Shown here: piece by piece, positions 1 to 9,578 of the stretch | Position numbering within the stretch: the stretch's first letter is position 1 | Layout of the letters: the number at the start of each line of letters is the position of its first letter | Assembly (NCBI GenBank): GCA_040881175.1 | Contig: JBBEDS010000014.1 | Coordinates: 23,174-87,173, forward strand | Direction of reading: 5' to 3' | From: Minisyncoccota bacterium | Lineage (GTDB): Bacteria > Patescibacteriota > Minisyncoccia > 2-02-FULL-40-12 > IGHO2-01-FULL-4-A | Length of the DNA: 64,000 nt | The notes under the pieces: generated by a model | Told to the model about the DNA's origin: nothing | The model's database searches: none | Seen by the model: the letters and a program-made list of their open reading frames with translations, nothing else | Program-made: the position numbers and the translations under genes

Positions 1-587
1 ACGATCCGACCTAACTTTATGCCTAATTGTTCTTTAAGATCGTCTGCCTTCTTCTTGGCATTCTCAATAGCCATTTCTCTGGCTTGCTTCTTTAGCTCCT
101 CGGGCTGATCAATCTGGAAACTTAGGCTGTTGACTTGGTTGACTCCGGCCGTAACGGCTCCGTCAAGAATATCGCTTACGTTATCCAGGTCACGAATTTT
201 GACTTCCAGGGTCTGATTTACCTGATAACCGGTAATCTCCGGCTGTCCAAATCGGGGATAGGTATATTGCGGGTAGATATTGTATGAGATCGTTTTAATA
301 TCTTTATCTTCGACATTCTGCTCCTTCAAAAAATTAACAACCTTTTCTGATCTTGCTGAGTTATCATCCTGGGCCTTCTTAGAAGTCACGGCTTCGGTTA
401 CGATCGCCAAGTGAACTAGGGCGATATCCGGCCTGGCCAAAACCTTACCTTCACCGCTGAAAGACACCGTGTTAGATGTTCCCGAAGTACTCAGCTTATC
501 TTTCGTACTTACCACTACGAAAACTGAGAGTAAGACCAAAAACACTAAACCTGACCAATAAAGAACTTTTTTGTGCATATTTGTCAT
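1..587 (-). CDS. SIMPL domain (DUF541) protein, truncated by window edge
   Basis: Manual translation from ATG at 587: MTNMHKKVLYW...TVSFSGEGKVLARPDIA...GYQVNQTLEVKIRD...GVNQVNSLSFQID...AREMAIENAKKKA; typical SIMPL motifs. Confidence 0.88.
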   Translation of the reverse strand, partial: MTNMHKKVLYWSGLVFLVLLSVFVVVSTKDKLSTSGTSNTVSFSGEGKVLARPDIALVHLAIVTEAVTSKKAQDDNSARSEKVVNFLKEQNVEDKDIKTISYNIYPQYTYPRFGQPEITGYQVNQTLEVKIRDLDNVSDILDGAVTAGVNQVNSLSFQIDQPEELKKQAREMAIENAKKKADDLKEQLGIKLGRI

Positions 588-604
588 GAATTAATTACTA
601 AATT

Positions 605-1162
605 TTAGAAATCGTAAGATCCGATTTCCTTCGACTCTACTGATTTTAACACGAAGGGAGACTCGGGGTAAAATTTTAATTCTGCACTTGTGCCAACGTT
701 ATCTCTAATAGTCATAACTATATCCTCCGTCTCCGGCGGAACAGATTTTAATCTAATCTGTTTGATCTCCTTAAAAGTAGTCAAATTAGACACGTCTTCC
801 ATGACAATAATTGCTCCCGTTATAAGGAAGTCGATAAATTCTAGAGAGATGTTGGAGTCAGTCGTATTGAAAAATCTGACTTTGCTCGCATCAATAGTTT
901 CAAACTCGTAATCTTCGTTGTTATCAAGCCATTTCTCTACTTCAGAGTCAAAATCAAACTTTCCAGTTTCCCTCTCCTTGGGCCATAACTTCTTAGACCT
1001 TGGAGATCCAGACACTCTGACAGCCTCAGGCTCCTGAGTTTTACCTCGTCTTTTTCTCTCGTATTCCTCTTCTAATGTGGCCTCCTCAATATCCGCCAGT
1101 CTCTTGTTTAACTGCTCTCTGGTAGGAGTGGGCGGCATTTGTGGAATTTCCTTTTTTCCCAT
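605..1162 (-). CDS. hypothetical protein
   Basis: 185-aa charged ORF filling the gap, no recognisable family; start may be 1138. Confidence 0.6.
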   Translation of the reverse strand: MGKKEIPQMPPTPTREQLNKRLADIEEATLEEEYERKRRGKTQEPEAVRVSGSPRSKKLWPKERETGKFDFDSEVEKWLDNNEDYEFETIDASKVRFFNTTDSNISLEFIDFLITGAIIVMEDVSNLTTFKEIKQIRLKSVPPETEDIVMTIRDNVGTSAELKFYPESPFVLKSVESKEIGSYDF

Positions 1163-1185
1163 GCTGTTATACTATCAATTGTGCC

Positions 1186-1647
1186 ATGGCAAAACAAGAA
1201 CTCTATTTAATACTGGATAATATACGTAGTGCGCTGAATGTGGGGGCAATTTTTCGTACCGCCGATGCTGCGGGCGTGGACAAAATATTACTCTGCGGCT
1301 ATACGCCTACACCAGAGAACGACAAGGTCAAAAAGACTGCTCTTGGTTCTGAAAAAACAGTCACTTGGGAGCACCACCCTCAAACATGGCGGCTAGTAAA
1401 GCGCCTGAGGAAAGGCGGGATATATATTGTAGCTCTTGAGCAAGATAAGAGATCGACTGATTACAGAAAGCTTAAGCCTAAATTTCCGATGGCTTTAATA
1501 GTTGGTAATGAAGTAAAAGGATTGAGTAAAAATATTCTGGAACACGTGGACAAGATAATAGATATTCCAATGTACGGCCAAAAAGAAAGTCTGAATGTCG
1601 CTGTCGCTACAGGGATAGCTGTGTATAAAATACGGGAAACTTTTTAA
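1186..1647 (+). CDS. TrmH/SpoU family RNA methyltransferase
   Basis: LDNIRSALNVGAIFRTADA, VGNEVKG, IPMYGQKESLNVAVA SPOUT motifs; start MAKQ at 1186. Confidence 0.93.
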   Translation: MAKQELYLILDNIRSALNVGAIFRTADAAGVDKILLCGYTPTPENDKVKKTALGSEKTVTWEHHPQTWRLVKRLRKGGIYIVALEQDKRSTDYRKLKPKFPMALIVGNEVKGLSKNILEHVDKIIDIPMYGQKESLNVAVATGIAVYKIRETF

Positions 1648-1649
1648 AT

Positions 1650-2285
1650 ATGAAGCTGCCGCATAAAACACTGGAACGTAACTTACTAAAGAATGGCTAT
1701 CATTCCATAGCCAGTGTCGATGAAGTCGGCATGGCCTGCTTGGCCGGACCGGTAGTCGTCTGCGCCGTTTTATTCAGTAAGGACTTTTTCAAGAAGAAAC
1801 ACAAGAGACTACACTGGATACGTGATTCAAAGCTCCTTTTACCTCACCAGAGGGAAGAGTTTGCGACCGAACTAATGAAAGAGGTGGGCCTCAAGTTCCA
1901 AACGGCATATTGCTTCCCTAGGACAATTGATAAAATAAATATTTACCAAGCATCCAGGCTGGCTATGAGAAGAGCTCTGGCTAAACTCTCACCCCACAGG
2001 AAGTCCGTAGTCCTAGTCGATGGTCCAGCAAAAATCAAAGGCATAGCTCTGGATCAAATAGCAGTTATAAAGGGCGATAGGAAGGTGTTTGCCATAGCCT
2101 GTGCATCTGTCATTGCCAAAGTAACCAGAGATGGGATGATGGCCAGATATGCAAAAAGGTACCCTAAATACGGGTTTGAGAAGCATAAAGGCTACAGCAC
2201 TGAACTTCACAGAACACAATTGTCACAGCATGGCGTTTGCCCGATTCACAGGAGGTCTTTTGCGCCGGTGGCCAAACTGCTGTAA
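1650..2285 (+). CDS. rnhB: ribonuclease HII
   Basis: VDEVGMACLAGPV, DSKLL, ASVIAKVTRD, KHKGY, IHRRSF. Confidence 0.95.
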   Translation: MKLPHKTLERNLLKNGYHSIASVDEVGMACLAGPVVVCAVLFSKDFFKKKHKRLHWIRDSKLLLPHQREEFATELMKEVGLKFQTAYCFPRTIDKINIYQASRLAMRRALAKLSPHRKSVVLVDGPAKIKGIALDQIAVIKGDRKVFAIACASVIAKVTRDGMMARYAKRYPKYGFEKHKGYSTELHRTQLSQHGVCPIHRRSFAPVAKLL

Positions 2286-2296
2286 AATATAGGCAT

Positions 2297-3316
2297 ATGA
2301 GAAAAATAAAAGTAGCAATCAATGGTTTCGGTCGAATAGGCCGAATCTTCTTCAGACAAGCTTTTGGCAATTCCGATTTGGATTTTGTCGCCATAAATGA
2401 CCTCGGCTCACTGGAGAATCTAGCCTATTTATTAAAATACGACAGCGTCTATGGCAACTACGAGAAAAGTGTCGAAGTAAAAGGTGGCAAACTCGTCGTA
2501 GATGGACACGAAATAGAATTTATCCAAGAGAAAGAACCGGGCAAGCTACCCTGGAAAAAACTTGATGTAGATATTGTCATAGAATCCACTGGCGTCTTTG
2601 AATCACGCGATAAGGCAGCTCCGCATTTAGATGCGGGAGCAAAGAGAGTAGTCATTACAGCCCCGGCCAAAGACGAGATAACTCCAACCGTTACTCCTAA
2701 TGTAAATGTTGAGGCTCTTAAGCTGGACAAAATAACCTCGAATGCCTCCTGCACGACCAATGCCGCTACACCGGTAATGTCTGTCATGATGGTAGACCCG
2801 GGAGTAAAAAAAGCCGCCCTGAATACGGTTCACGGATATACTGCTAGCCAAAGCTTGGTTGATAGCCCGGATCCTCATAATAAAGACTTCCGACGTGCTA
2901 GAGCGGCAGCGGCAAACATAGTTCCCACATCAACCGGAGCAGCGCTAGCAACGACTAGAGCTATCCCGGAGCTGAAAGACAAGTTTGATGGAATAGCCCT
3001 GAGAGTTCCTGTCATATCGGGTTCAATAATGGACTTCACTTTTCTTGCATCAAGAGCAACCACAGTTGAAGAAATAAATGAAATTTTTAAAAAAGCTGCA
3101 AAACAGGAAAATTGGAAGGGAATACTAACTATTACTGACGAGCCCATTGTCTCATCGGATATTCTAAAAAACCCGCATGGCTCCATAGTAGACCTATCGA
3201 TGACCAGAGTGATAGACGGCGATTTGGTTAAGGTATTGGCTTGGTATGATAATGAATGGGGATATAGCGCCATGCTAACCCAGCACGTGCTTACAGTCGC
3301 ACAGTTATTTGAATAA
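2297..3316 (+). CDS. gap: type I glyceraldehyde-3-phosphate dehydrogenase
   Basis: INGFGRIGR, SNASCTTN, WYDNEWGY; start MRKIKVA at 2297. Confidence 0.97.
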   Translation: MRKIKVAINGFGRIGRIFFRQAFGNSDLDFVAINDLGSLENLAYLLKYDSVYGNYEKSVEVKGGKLVVDGHEIEFIQEKEPGKLPWKKLDVDIVIESTGVFESRDKAAPHLDAGAKRVVITAPAKDEITPTVTPNVNVEALKLDKITSNASCTTNAATPVMSVMMVDPGVKKAALNTVHGYTASQSLVDSPDPHNKDFRRARAAAANIVPTSTGAALATTRAIPELKDKFDGIALRVPVISGSIMDFTFLASRATTVEEINEIFKKAAKQENWKGILTITDEPIVSSDILKNPHGSIVDLSMTRVIDGDLVKVLAWYDNEWGYSAMLTQHVLTVAQLFE

Positions 3317-3351
3317 AAAAAGACCACCCGAGGGAGTAGGCTCAGATGGTT

Positions 3352-3633
3352 CTAGATGCTTCCTTCCATATCGAGAAGGACCAGCTTGTCGTTATCTACG
3401 AAGGCATAGTAACCGTTAAGTTTGCCTTCCTGGCCACCTAGCACAGTAGCATTGAAAGAGTTTCCGTTTTCAATAACACTCTTCATGACCTTTGTCTTGA
3501 TGGTGTTAACACCATCGCTGAAGTTAACAGGGCAGAGTTTCTGCAAACGTAGTGATGCCTTGAGATCTACCTTCCCATTTTTGTCAGGGAGGTAGAACTT
3601 CTGACCGACTTCTAGGCTACCGAATCTCTGCAC
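3352..3633 (-). CDS. hypothetical protein (orphan cassette)
   Basis: 93-aa ORF, GTG start after AGGGAGG, followed by hairpin plus U-tract (3316-3351). Confidence 0.7.
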   Translation of the reverse strand: MQRFGSLEVGQKFYLPDKNGKVDLKASLRLQKLCPVNFSDGVNTIKTKVMKSVIENGNSFNATVLGGQEGKLNGYYAFVDNDKLVLLDMEGSI

Positions 3634-3675
3634 GGCTTCCTCCCTAAATTTTTTAAAGGCCTGTTTAGTTAGATT

Positions 3676-4566
3676 ATGTCACATTATATACACGAAAACA
3701 AAATTAAAGAGCTCGAGGTAAAAGCTAACGAGATCAGACAGTCAATCGTTGAATCTTTAATTGCGGCCGGTTCCGGTCATACCGCCGGCCCTCTCGGCAT
3801 GGCTGACGTCTTTACCGCCTTTTACTTTCACATTCTGAATCATGATCCCAAGAATCCAGAATGGGAAGATCGGGACAGGCTGATACTTTCAAACGGACAT
3901 ATTACTCCAGTCAGATACGCCACAATGGCTCACGCAGGATATTTCCCTATAAAAGAGCTGCTGACCCTAAGAAAATTAGGCTCAAGACTACAGGGGCACC
4001 CCGAAAGAGAAAAACTGCCGGGCGTGGAGACAACCTCAGGACCTTTGGGTTCAGGACTTGGCCAAGCTTGTGGCATCGCCTACGGAGCAAGAATGGATGA
4101 CAAAAAATTCAGAACCTACTGCTTCATGTCAGACGGGGAACAAGAAGCAGGCGTTACGTGGGAATCCGTCATGTTCGCAGGGAAAAACAAACTGTCTAAT
4201 CTAACCGGACTAATCGACAGGAATAACATACAAATTGACGGCATGACTGAAGATATTATGCCCCTTGAACCACTGAAGGCTAAATATGAGGCATTTAACT
4301 GGCATGTTATCGATATAGACGGACATAACATAGAGGAGATAGTAGATGCTGTTGAGCAGGCAAAAGCCATACATGAAAAACCAACATTAATAATGGCCCA
4401 CACCATACCGGGCAAGGGGATATCGGAGATAGAATTTGATTACCGCTGGCACGGCAATCCTCCAGGCAAAGGACCGGATGATAAGATTCCAAAAGAAGAG
4501 CAGGGGAAAAAGTTTTTAGAAGAGTTAAGAACATTGGGAGGGAAGATACAAAGTGAACATCAATAA
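3676..4566 (+). CDS. transketolase, N-terminal (TPP-binding) subunit
   Basis: GSGHTAG, DRDRLILSNGH, RLQGHP, SDGEQEAG, HTIPGKG. Confidence 0.95.
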   Translation: MSHYIHENKIKELEVKANEIRQSIVESLIAAGSGHTAGPLGMADVFTAFYFHILNHDPKNPEWEDRDRLILSNGHITPVRYATMAHAGYFPIKELLTLRKLGSRLQGHPEREKLPGVETTSGPLGSGLGQACGIAYGARMDDKKFRTYCFMSDGEQEAGVTWESVMFAGKNKLSNLTGLIDRNNIQIDGMTEDIMPLEPLKAKYEAFNWHVIDIDGHNIEEIVDAVEQAKAIHEKPTLIMAHTIPGKGISEIEFDYRWHGNPPGKGPDDKIPKEEQGKKFLEELRTLGGKIQSEHQ

Positions 4567-4613
4567 AATTGTCAAAGCCCTGCATGCAGGGCACAAGGAA
4601 GGAGGTGTAATAT

Positions 4614-4907
4614 ATGCACGGACACAATAAATGCGGGCACCATATGGTAGCCAAGCTATTGTTAGTATTAGCCTGGCTTGCAGCTTTAGGCTTCTGGTTA
4701 GCAATGTGGAAGGGTATGTTCTGGAATGTAGAACCAACGGGATGGTTCTCTCACGTAGTAGTCTTCAGCTTGCTTGCTTTCGGAACAAAGTTTTGTAGCT
4801 GCTACTCCAAAAATAGAATGATGGGTGGCATGAAATGCGACTGCAGCTGCAATGATTGCGAGGGCGGGATGTGTGAAGGTAAGCACAAGGAAGGCCACGG
4901 CATGTAG
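4614..4907 (+). CDS. small membrane protein with Cys/His-rich tail
   Basis: Two TM segments, CDCSCNDC..C..H tail, strong SD AAGGAGGTG. Confidence 0.7.
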   Translation: MHGHNKCGHHMVAKLLLVLAWLAALGFWLAMWKGMFWNVEPTGWFSHVVVFSLLAFGTKFCSCYSKNRMMGGMKCDCSCNDCEGGMCEGKHKEGHGM

Positions 4908-4964
4908 TTTGGTTTTTTACGGTCCGCCTCTTTGCCGGGGGCGGATGAATAAGGAACTAAGAAC

Positions 4965-5858
4965 ATGAATTCACTCGAATCAACACCTGGAACCAGATCG
5001 ACGGAGAATAAAGAAAACGTCATAAAAAAGAAGAGGGGCCTAAGAATGATAGACCAAATGGCTATCTCTTTGGCTTTTACTTTGGTAACTGGATTTTCTG
5101 CCGGCAAAATAGCGGAGTCGAGACAGACGGAAGCAAAAGGAAGAGACAGGATCGCATCAAAGAGCAAAATACCGAAACCAAAAAGCTATGATGAGCGTGA
5201 ACGCCTGTTAAAAAATAGGAGGTTCGAAACTGAAACAAAGCATATAGAGACGCGGGATGGCGATATAGACCATGAAACCCTGAGGACAATTCTCAAGGAA
5301 ACATATCCCATTGGCTGGGTCGAGGATGAAATTCGAATTGTGGAAAGTTCTCCCAAGAGAAAACCTATGCCTGCAAAATATGGTATGGGCGGAGTTGCCT
5401 TAGCTAGTTGCTACAGAGACATTGATGGAAAATCTGAGATCGTATTTCATGTTGACTCGAGAGACGAATCAAAAGAGTATGTAATAGGAACGATCGGACA
5501 TGAATTAGCTCACGCCAATGACTGGATCTCTGATGACCATCTTACCGCCACAGAAGGGGAAGAGCTTCGAAACAGAATTAAAAGTCGCCTAAGATCACCT
5601 GATAGATTCCTGTCATCATACGTGGAAGAAATAAACAACGCTAACGAAGAAGAAGAACTAGAGACTAAGGCCATAGAGTACTGGGCAGAAATTTGTGAAC
5701 AATATTTCGACGATGCCACCAAGCTAAGTGTCGAGGACTTCAATATCGTCGATGGCCATATTAAAAAAACTGATAGACTCTTTGGATGGCTAGGCGCGAA
5801 AGAGAGAAGATATCGGCTAGCTGGAATAAAAATTGAACCACCTCAAAATTATCGTTAG
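4965..5858 (+). CDS. membrane-anchored zincin-like (HExxH) protein
   Basis: N-terminal hydrophobic segment, GHELAH and downstream EYWAE. Confidence 0.65.
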   Translation: MNSLESTPGTRSTENKENVIKKKRGLRMIDQMAISLAFTLVTGFSAGKIAESRQTEAKGRDRIASKSKIPKPKSYDERERLLKNRRFETETKHIETRDGDIDHETLRTILKETYPIGWVEDEIRIVESSPKRKPMPAKYGMGGVALASCYRDIDGKSEIVFHVDSRDESKEYVIGTIGHELAHANDWISDDHLTATEGEELRNRIKSRLRSPDRFLSSYVEEINNANEEEELETKAIEYWAEICEQYFDDATKLSVEDFNIVDGHIKKTDRLFGWLGAKERRYRLAGIKIEPPQNYR

Positions 5859-5863
5859 AATTT

Positions 5864-6292
5864 ATGAAACTTGAAGTTAAAAAAAGAATTGGAGAAAGTC
5901 TGGGGGTCATTGAATTTGATGACAGGAATCAGTTTAATTTCTCGGAAGGAACAAAAAATTCTTTCAAAGACTATGTCAGTCAACTCATAGAAAAAGGTAT
6001 AGACCAGATAAAAGACATATATGACAAAGAGGCTGCGGCTTTCACGATGATCAAAGTTCCCATACATAGAGACGCTTCTCAATTTCCACTGGCCTTCAAA
6101 GAATTATTGGAAAGGGAGGGCTACGATGTTACTATCATAAGGGAGGACTTGGATAAAGAGATACTTAATTCGTTGAAAGATTTTCCACCGGACAAGAGCA
6201 AAGATAATATTTTATCTCGTCTTCCGAAGATGAGCTATTTAGAAAAAACATATATTCTAAAGGGGTTAAATGATCTAAATAAAAATGTCTAG
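5864..6292 (+). CDS. hypothetical protein
   Basis: 142-aa ORF tightly packed, overlaps next start. Confidence 0.7.
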   Translation: MKLEVKKRIGESLGVIEFDDRNQFNFSEGTKNSFKDYVSQLIEKGIDQIKDIYDKEAAAFTMIKVPIHRDASQFPLAFKELLEREGYDVTIIREDLDKEILNSLKDFPPDKSKDNILSRLPKMSYLEKTYILKGLNDLNKNV

Positions 6293-7280
6293 TTTAAAAG
6301 CACACTTAGTAGAAAATCCGACAGATAAAGAAACCCTGGAAATGAAGGCTACGCGGGATGGGTACGGTAAGGGTTTAGTTGAGGCCGGAGAAAAAGATGA
6401 GCGAGTGGTCGTGCTCTGCGCCGACCTGACTGAATCTACTCGTTCTCATTGGTTTGCCGAAAAGTTTCCGGAAAGATTTATCCAGATCGGGGTAGCCGAA
6501 CAGAACATGGCAGTCATCGCTTCCGGATTAGCTAACTATGGGAAAATACCTTTCATCTCATCCTATGCCGCCTTCTCGCCCGGCAGAAACAATGAACAGA
6601 TCAGAACAAATATTGCGATTAATAATGTGCCCGTTAAAATAGCCGGCGCTCACGCCGGGATATCGGTAGGTCCGGATGGTGCCACCCACCAAGCATTAGA
6701 GGACGCGGGCTTGATGCGCATGCTACCGCGAATGACCGTACTTGTACCTTGCGATGCTATTGAGGCCCAAAAAGCAACCGTAGCCGCAGCCCAGCTACCC
6801 GGTCCAGTATATATCAGATTTGGCAGAGAGAAGTCTCCGGTCTTCACGACTGAGAAAACTCCATTTGAAGTTGGTAAAGCTCAAGTATTCAGAGACGGAA
6901 AAGATGCCGCCATTATCGGTGCCGGAATGCTTATACATAACGCCCTTGTCGCCGCCGAAGAGTTATCGAAGGAAGGACTGGAGGTGGCGATAATAAATTC
7001 TCCAAGCTTAAAACCCTTCGATGTCGATACTCTAGTAGAATATGCTAAAAAGACTGGAGCAGTCGTCAGCGTAGAGGAACATCAAGTCGCCGGAGGACTC
7101 GGCTCAATAGTAGCCGAGGCTCTGGCCCTTAACCATCCGACACCTCAAGAATTCATAGGCGTTCAGGATAAATTCGGAGAGTCCGGTACTCCAGACGAAT
7201 TAATAGAAACCTTCGGGATGGGGGTGGGCTCAATAAAAGAAGCTGTCAAAAAAGCAATCTCCAGAAAAAAATCCGCTTAG
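6285..7280 (+). CDS. transketolase, C-terminal subunit
   Basis: GVAEQNM, GPDGATHQALED, VEEHQVAGGLG. Confidence 0.95.
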   Translation: MSSLKAHLVENPTDKETLEMKATRDGYGKGLVEAGEKDERVVVLCADLTESTRSHWFAEKFPERFIQIGVAEQNMAVIASGLANYGKIPFISSYAAFSPGRNNEQIRTNIAINNVPVKIAGAHAGISVGPDGATHQALEDAGLMRMLPRMTVLVPCDAIEAQKATVAAAQLPGPVYIRFGREKSPVFTTEKTPFEVGKAQVFRDGKDAAIIGAGMLIHNALVAAEELSKEGLEVAIINSPSLKPFDVDTLVEYAKKTGAVVSVEEHQVAGGLGSIVAEALALNHPTPQEFIGVQDKFGESGTPDELIETFGMGVGSIKEAVKKAISRKKSA

Positions 7281-7292
7281 CGGATTTTTTTT
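7265..7292. terminator. bidirectional intrinsic terminator
   Basis: AAAAAATCCGC-TTA-GCGGATTTTTT between convergent genes. Confidence 0.75.
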
Positions 7293-7833
7293 AGACCAGC
7301 CCTTTGATCTTAGACAAATCTTCTCTGAAAATAGGCTCCCAGTTAATATTCCTCAAAATAGCTGCCGGGTGATAAATGACCAAAACCTTGCGGCCGCGCT
7401 TTTCTATAACCCTCCCGTGATTAGCCGACATGCTTCCCTCTATGCCCAGGCCTGTCATTGATATACGACCCAAAACTACTATCAGCTTCGGATCGACTAT
7501 GTCGATCTCTTTCTCTAAGGACGGCCTGAACTTTTCTATCTCTTCCGGAGTCGGGGTTAATGTTCCACCAAAGGCATCTTGCGGCCTATATTTCAATATA
7601 TTCGATATGTAGAAGTCTGATCTCTTCCAGCCCAGCTCTTCCAGGGTGGTAACTAACAACTTGCCACCCCGGCCGACGAAGGGTTTTCCTTGAATTTCCT
7701 CATCTTTACCGGGGGCCTCTCCTATCATCATTACCTTTGAGTCTGGAGAACCGTCATTAAACACTAAAGTCCTTTTAGGATAGGCTTTTTTGATGGCGTT
7801 AAAAATGTAGTCTAGCTTTTGATTTTTGGTCAT
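7291..7833 (-). CDS. uracil-DNA glycosylase (family 4-like)
   Basis: IGEAPGKDE, PFVGRGG, YHPAAILR; the Fe-S cysteines are not evident. Confidence 0.92.
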   Translation of the reverse strand: MTKNQKLDYIFNAIKKAYPKRTLVFNDGSPDSKVMMIGEAPGKDEEIQGKPFVGRGGKLLVTTLEELGWKRSDFYISNILKYRPQDAFGGTLTPTPEEIEKFRPSLEKEIDIVDPKLIVVLGRISMTGLGIEGSMSANHGRVIEKRGRKVLVIYHPAAILRNINWEPIFREDLSKIKGLV

Positions 7834-7871
7834 ATTTCTGATATTTTAACATATATTAAATGATCTAAAAG

Positions 7872-7944
7872 GGGTGCGTAGTTCAGTGGTTAGAACGCTG
7901 TCCTGATAAGACAGAGGTCGGAGGTTCGATTCCTCCCGCACCCA
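7872..7944 (+). tRNA. tRNA-Ile(GAT)
   Basis: GGGTGCG/CGCACCC acceptor, CTGTC-CTGATAA-GACAG anticodon arm, GTTCGATTC T-loop; no encoded CCA. Confidence 0.95.
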
Positions 7945-8017
7945 CAGTAGACAGACCGAAGGTCGAAAGGTCTAGGCATATTTTAAAAAAGTTAATTTTG
8001 TCCTTAAAACAACACAT

Positions 8018-8764
8018 ATGGAAAAAGAAATAATGAACCTACCGGCTTCGAAACTACCTTTAGTAGAAGAAGCTCAGGATAAATACGAAACCGCGGATTT
8101 CCGCTCATCGTTCCACTGGAGAGTCTTCCGCATAATGGCGGAGTTCGTCGACGGCTGGCAGTTCTTAACAGACTTCAAAAAAACCGTAACCTTTTTCGGA
8201 TCAGCAAGATTTGAAGAAGGGGACAGGTGGTATGAAGAATCAAGAAAACTCGGCAACCTGCTCGCCAAATCCGGTTTTGACGTAATTACCGGCGGAGGTC
8301 CAGGTATAATGGAGGCAGGAAACCGCGGGGCGCATGAGGCCAAGGAGGCGGCGGGTAAATCAGCCGAAGGAATCGGCAGGTCTATCGGACTGAATATCAA
8401 GTTGCCGTTCGAACAGCGCATTAACCCGTACGTGGACATCGCTATTGCCTTTCACTACTTCTTCGTAAGAAAGGTGATGCTGTCATACTACGCTCAGTCG
8501 TATGTCTTCTTTCCGGGCGGATTCGGAACTTTGGATGAAACTTTTGAGTTGATTACTCTGATCCAGACCAAAAAAATTCAAAGGATCCCGGTCGTATTGG
8601 TAGGCAAAGAATATTGGGAACCATTGATGTCGTGGATAAAAGAAAGCGTTTACGGTAAATTTGGAGCGGTAGATAAGGAAGATATGGATATATACAGAAT
8701 CGTCGACACTGCCGAAGAGGCCTATGAAATAGTAAAGGCCGCTCCGGAAAGAAAATCATTTTAA
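8018..8764 (+). CDS. LOG family Rossmann-fold protein (TIGR00730-like)
   Basis: ITGGGPGIMEA, YFFVRKVML, FPGGFGTLDE. Confidence 0.93.
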   Translation: MEKEIMNLPASKLPLVEEAQDKYETADFRSSFHWRVFRIMAEFVDGWQFLTDFKKTVTFFGSARFEEGDRWYEESRKLGNLLAKSGFDVITGGGPGIMEAGNRGAHEAKEAAGKSAEGIGRSIGLNIKLPFEQRINPYVDIAIAFHYFFVRKVMLSYYAQSYVFFPGGFGTLDETFELITLIQTKKIQRIPVVLVGKEYWEPLMSWIKESVYGKFGAVDKEDMDIYRIVDTAEEAYEIVKAAPERKSF

Positions 8765-8799
8765 AAACTGCAGGGCGCCATAAAGGCGCCCTGGTTGAA

Positions 8800-8870
8800 G
8801 GGCCTATAGCTTAATGGTCGAGCACCCGCCTTGCACGCGGGAGATCGGGGTTCGATTCCCCGTAGGTCCA
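8800..8870 (+). tRNA. tRNA-Ala(TGC)
   Basis: GGGCCTA/TAGGTCC acceptor with G3:U70, CCCGC-CTTGCAC-GCGGG anticodon arm. Confidence 0.95.
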
Positions 8871-8871
8871 C

Positions 8872-9252
8872 ATGAAAACTATCGACGTAACTGCCGGGAT
8901 AATTAACCGTAATGGCAAATTCCTCATCGCAAAACGTAAAAAAGGAAAGCACCTAGAGGGTAAGTGGGAATTTCCAGGCGGCAAGATTGAGGCCTTAGAA
9001 ACACCGGAAGAATGCCTGCAAAGAGAGCTGGAAGAAGAGTTTGGGGTTAAAGTAGCCGTTGCTGATTTCGTAGCAGAAAGCATCTTCAACTATGGTGACA
9101 GGGTCATCAGATTGCTGGGCTATCGAGCAGAATATGTTTCCGGCGATTTCAAGCTAAATGCTCATGATGAAATTAAGTGGATTACAACCGATGAATTTAG
9201 TAAATTCGACTTCGCCGAGGCAGACCTGCCGATAATAGAAAAACTTATCTAA
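8872..9252 (+). CDS. NUDIX (MutT/NudG-like) pyrophosphohydrolase
   Basis: WEFPGGKIEALETPEECLQRELEEEFG Nudix box. Confidence 0.93.
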   Translation: MKTIDVTAGIINRNGKFLIAKRKKGKHLEGKWEFPGGKIEALETPEECLQRELEEEFGVKVAVADFVAESIFNYGDRVIRLLGYRAEYVSGDFKLNAHDEIKWITTDEFSKFDFAEADLPIIEKLI

Positions 9253-9254
9253 AT

Positions 9255-9578
9255 ATGCCAATAAAGAAATACCAAAAAGAACTGGACGACTGGTTTAAAA
9301 AGAAGGGTTGGGGTTATTGGCAAGAGCTATCAATTCTGGCCAGGCTTTATGAAGAGTGCGGTGAGTTTGCCAGACTTGTTAATCACCTCTACGGAGAAAA
9401 GCCCAAGAAAGACACTGAGAAAGAACAGGAGCTGGAAGAAGAAATTGGTGATATTCTTTTTACACTCATCTGTTTTGCAAATTCTAAGAATATAGATTTG
9501 GACAAAGCGATAAGAAAAAGCTTAAATAAGGTTGCCAAGAGAGATGGCGATAGGTTCAAGCCTAAGAACAAAAGCTAA
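9255..9578 (+). CDS. MazG-like nucleotide pyrophosphohydrolase (YpjD-like)
   Basis: LARLYEECGE, EEEIGDILF. Confidence 0.88.
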   Translation: MPIKKYQKELDDWFKKKGWGYWQELSILARLYEECGEFARLVNHLYGEKPKKDTEKEQELEEEIGDILFTLICFANSKNIDLDKAIRKSLNKVAKRDGDRFKPKNKS

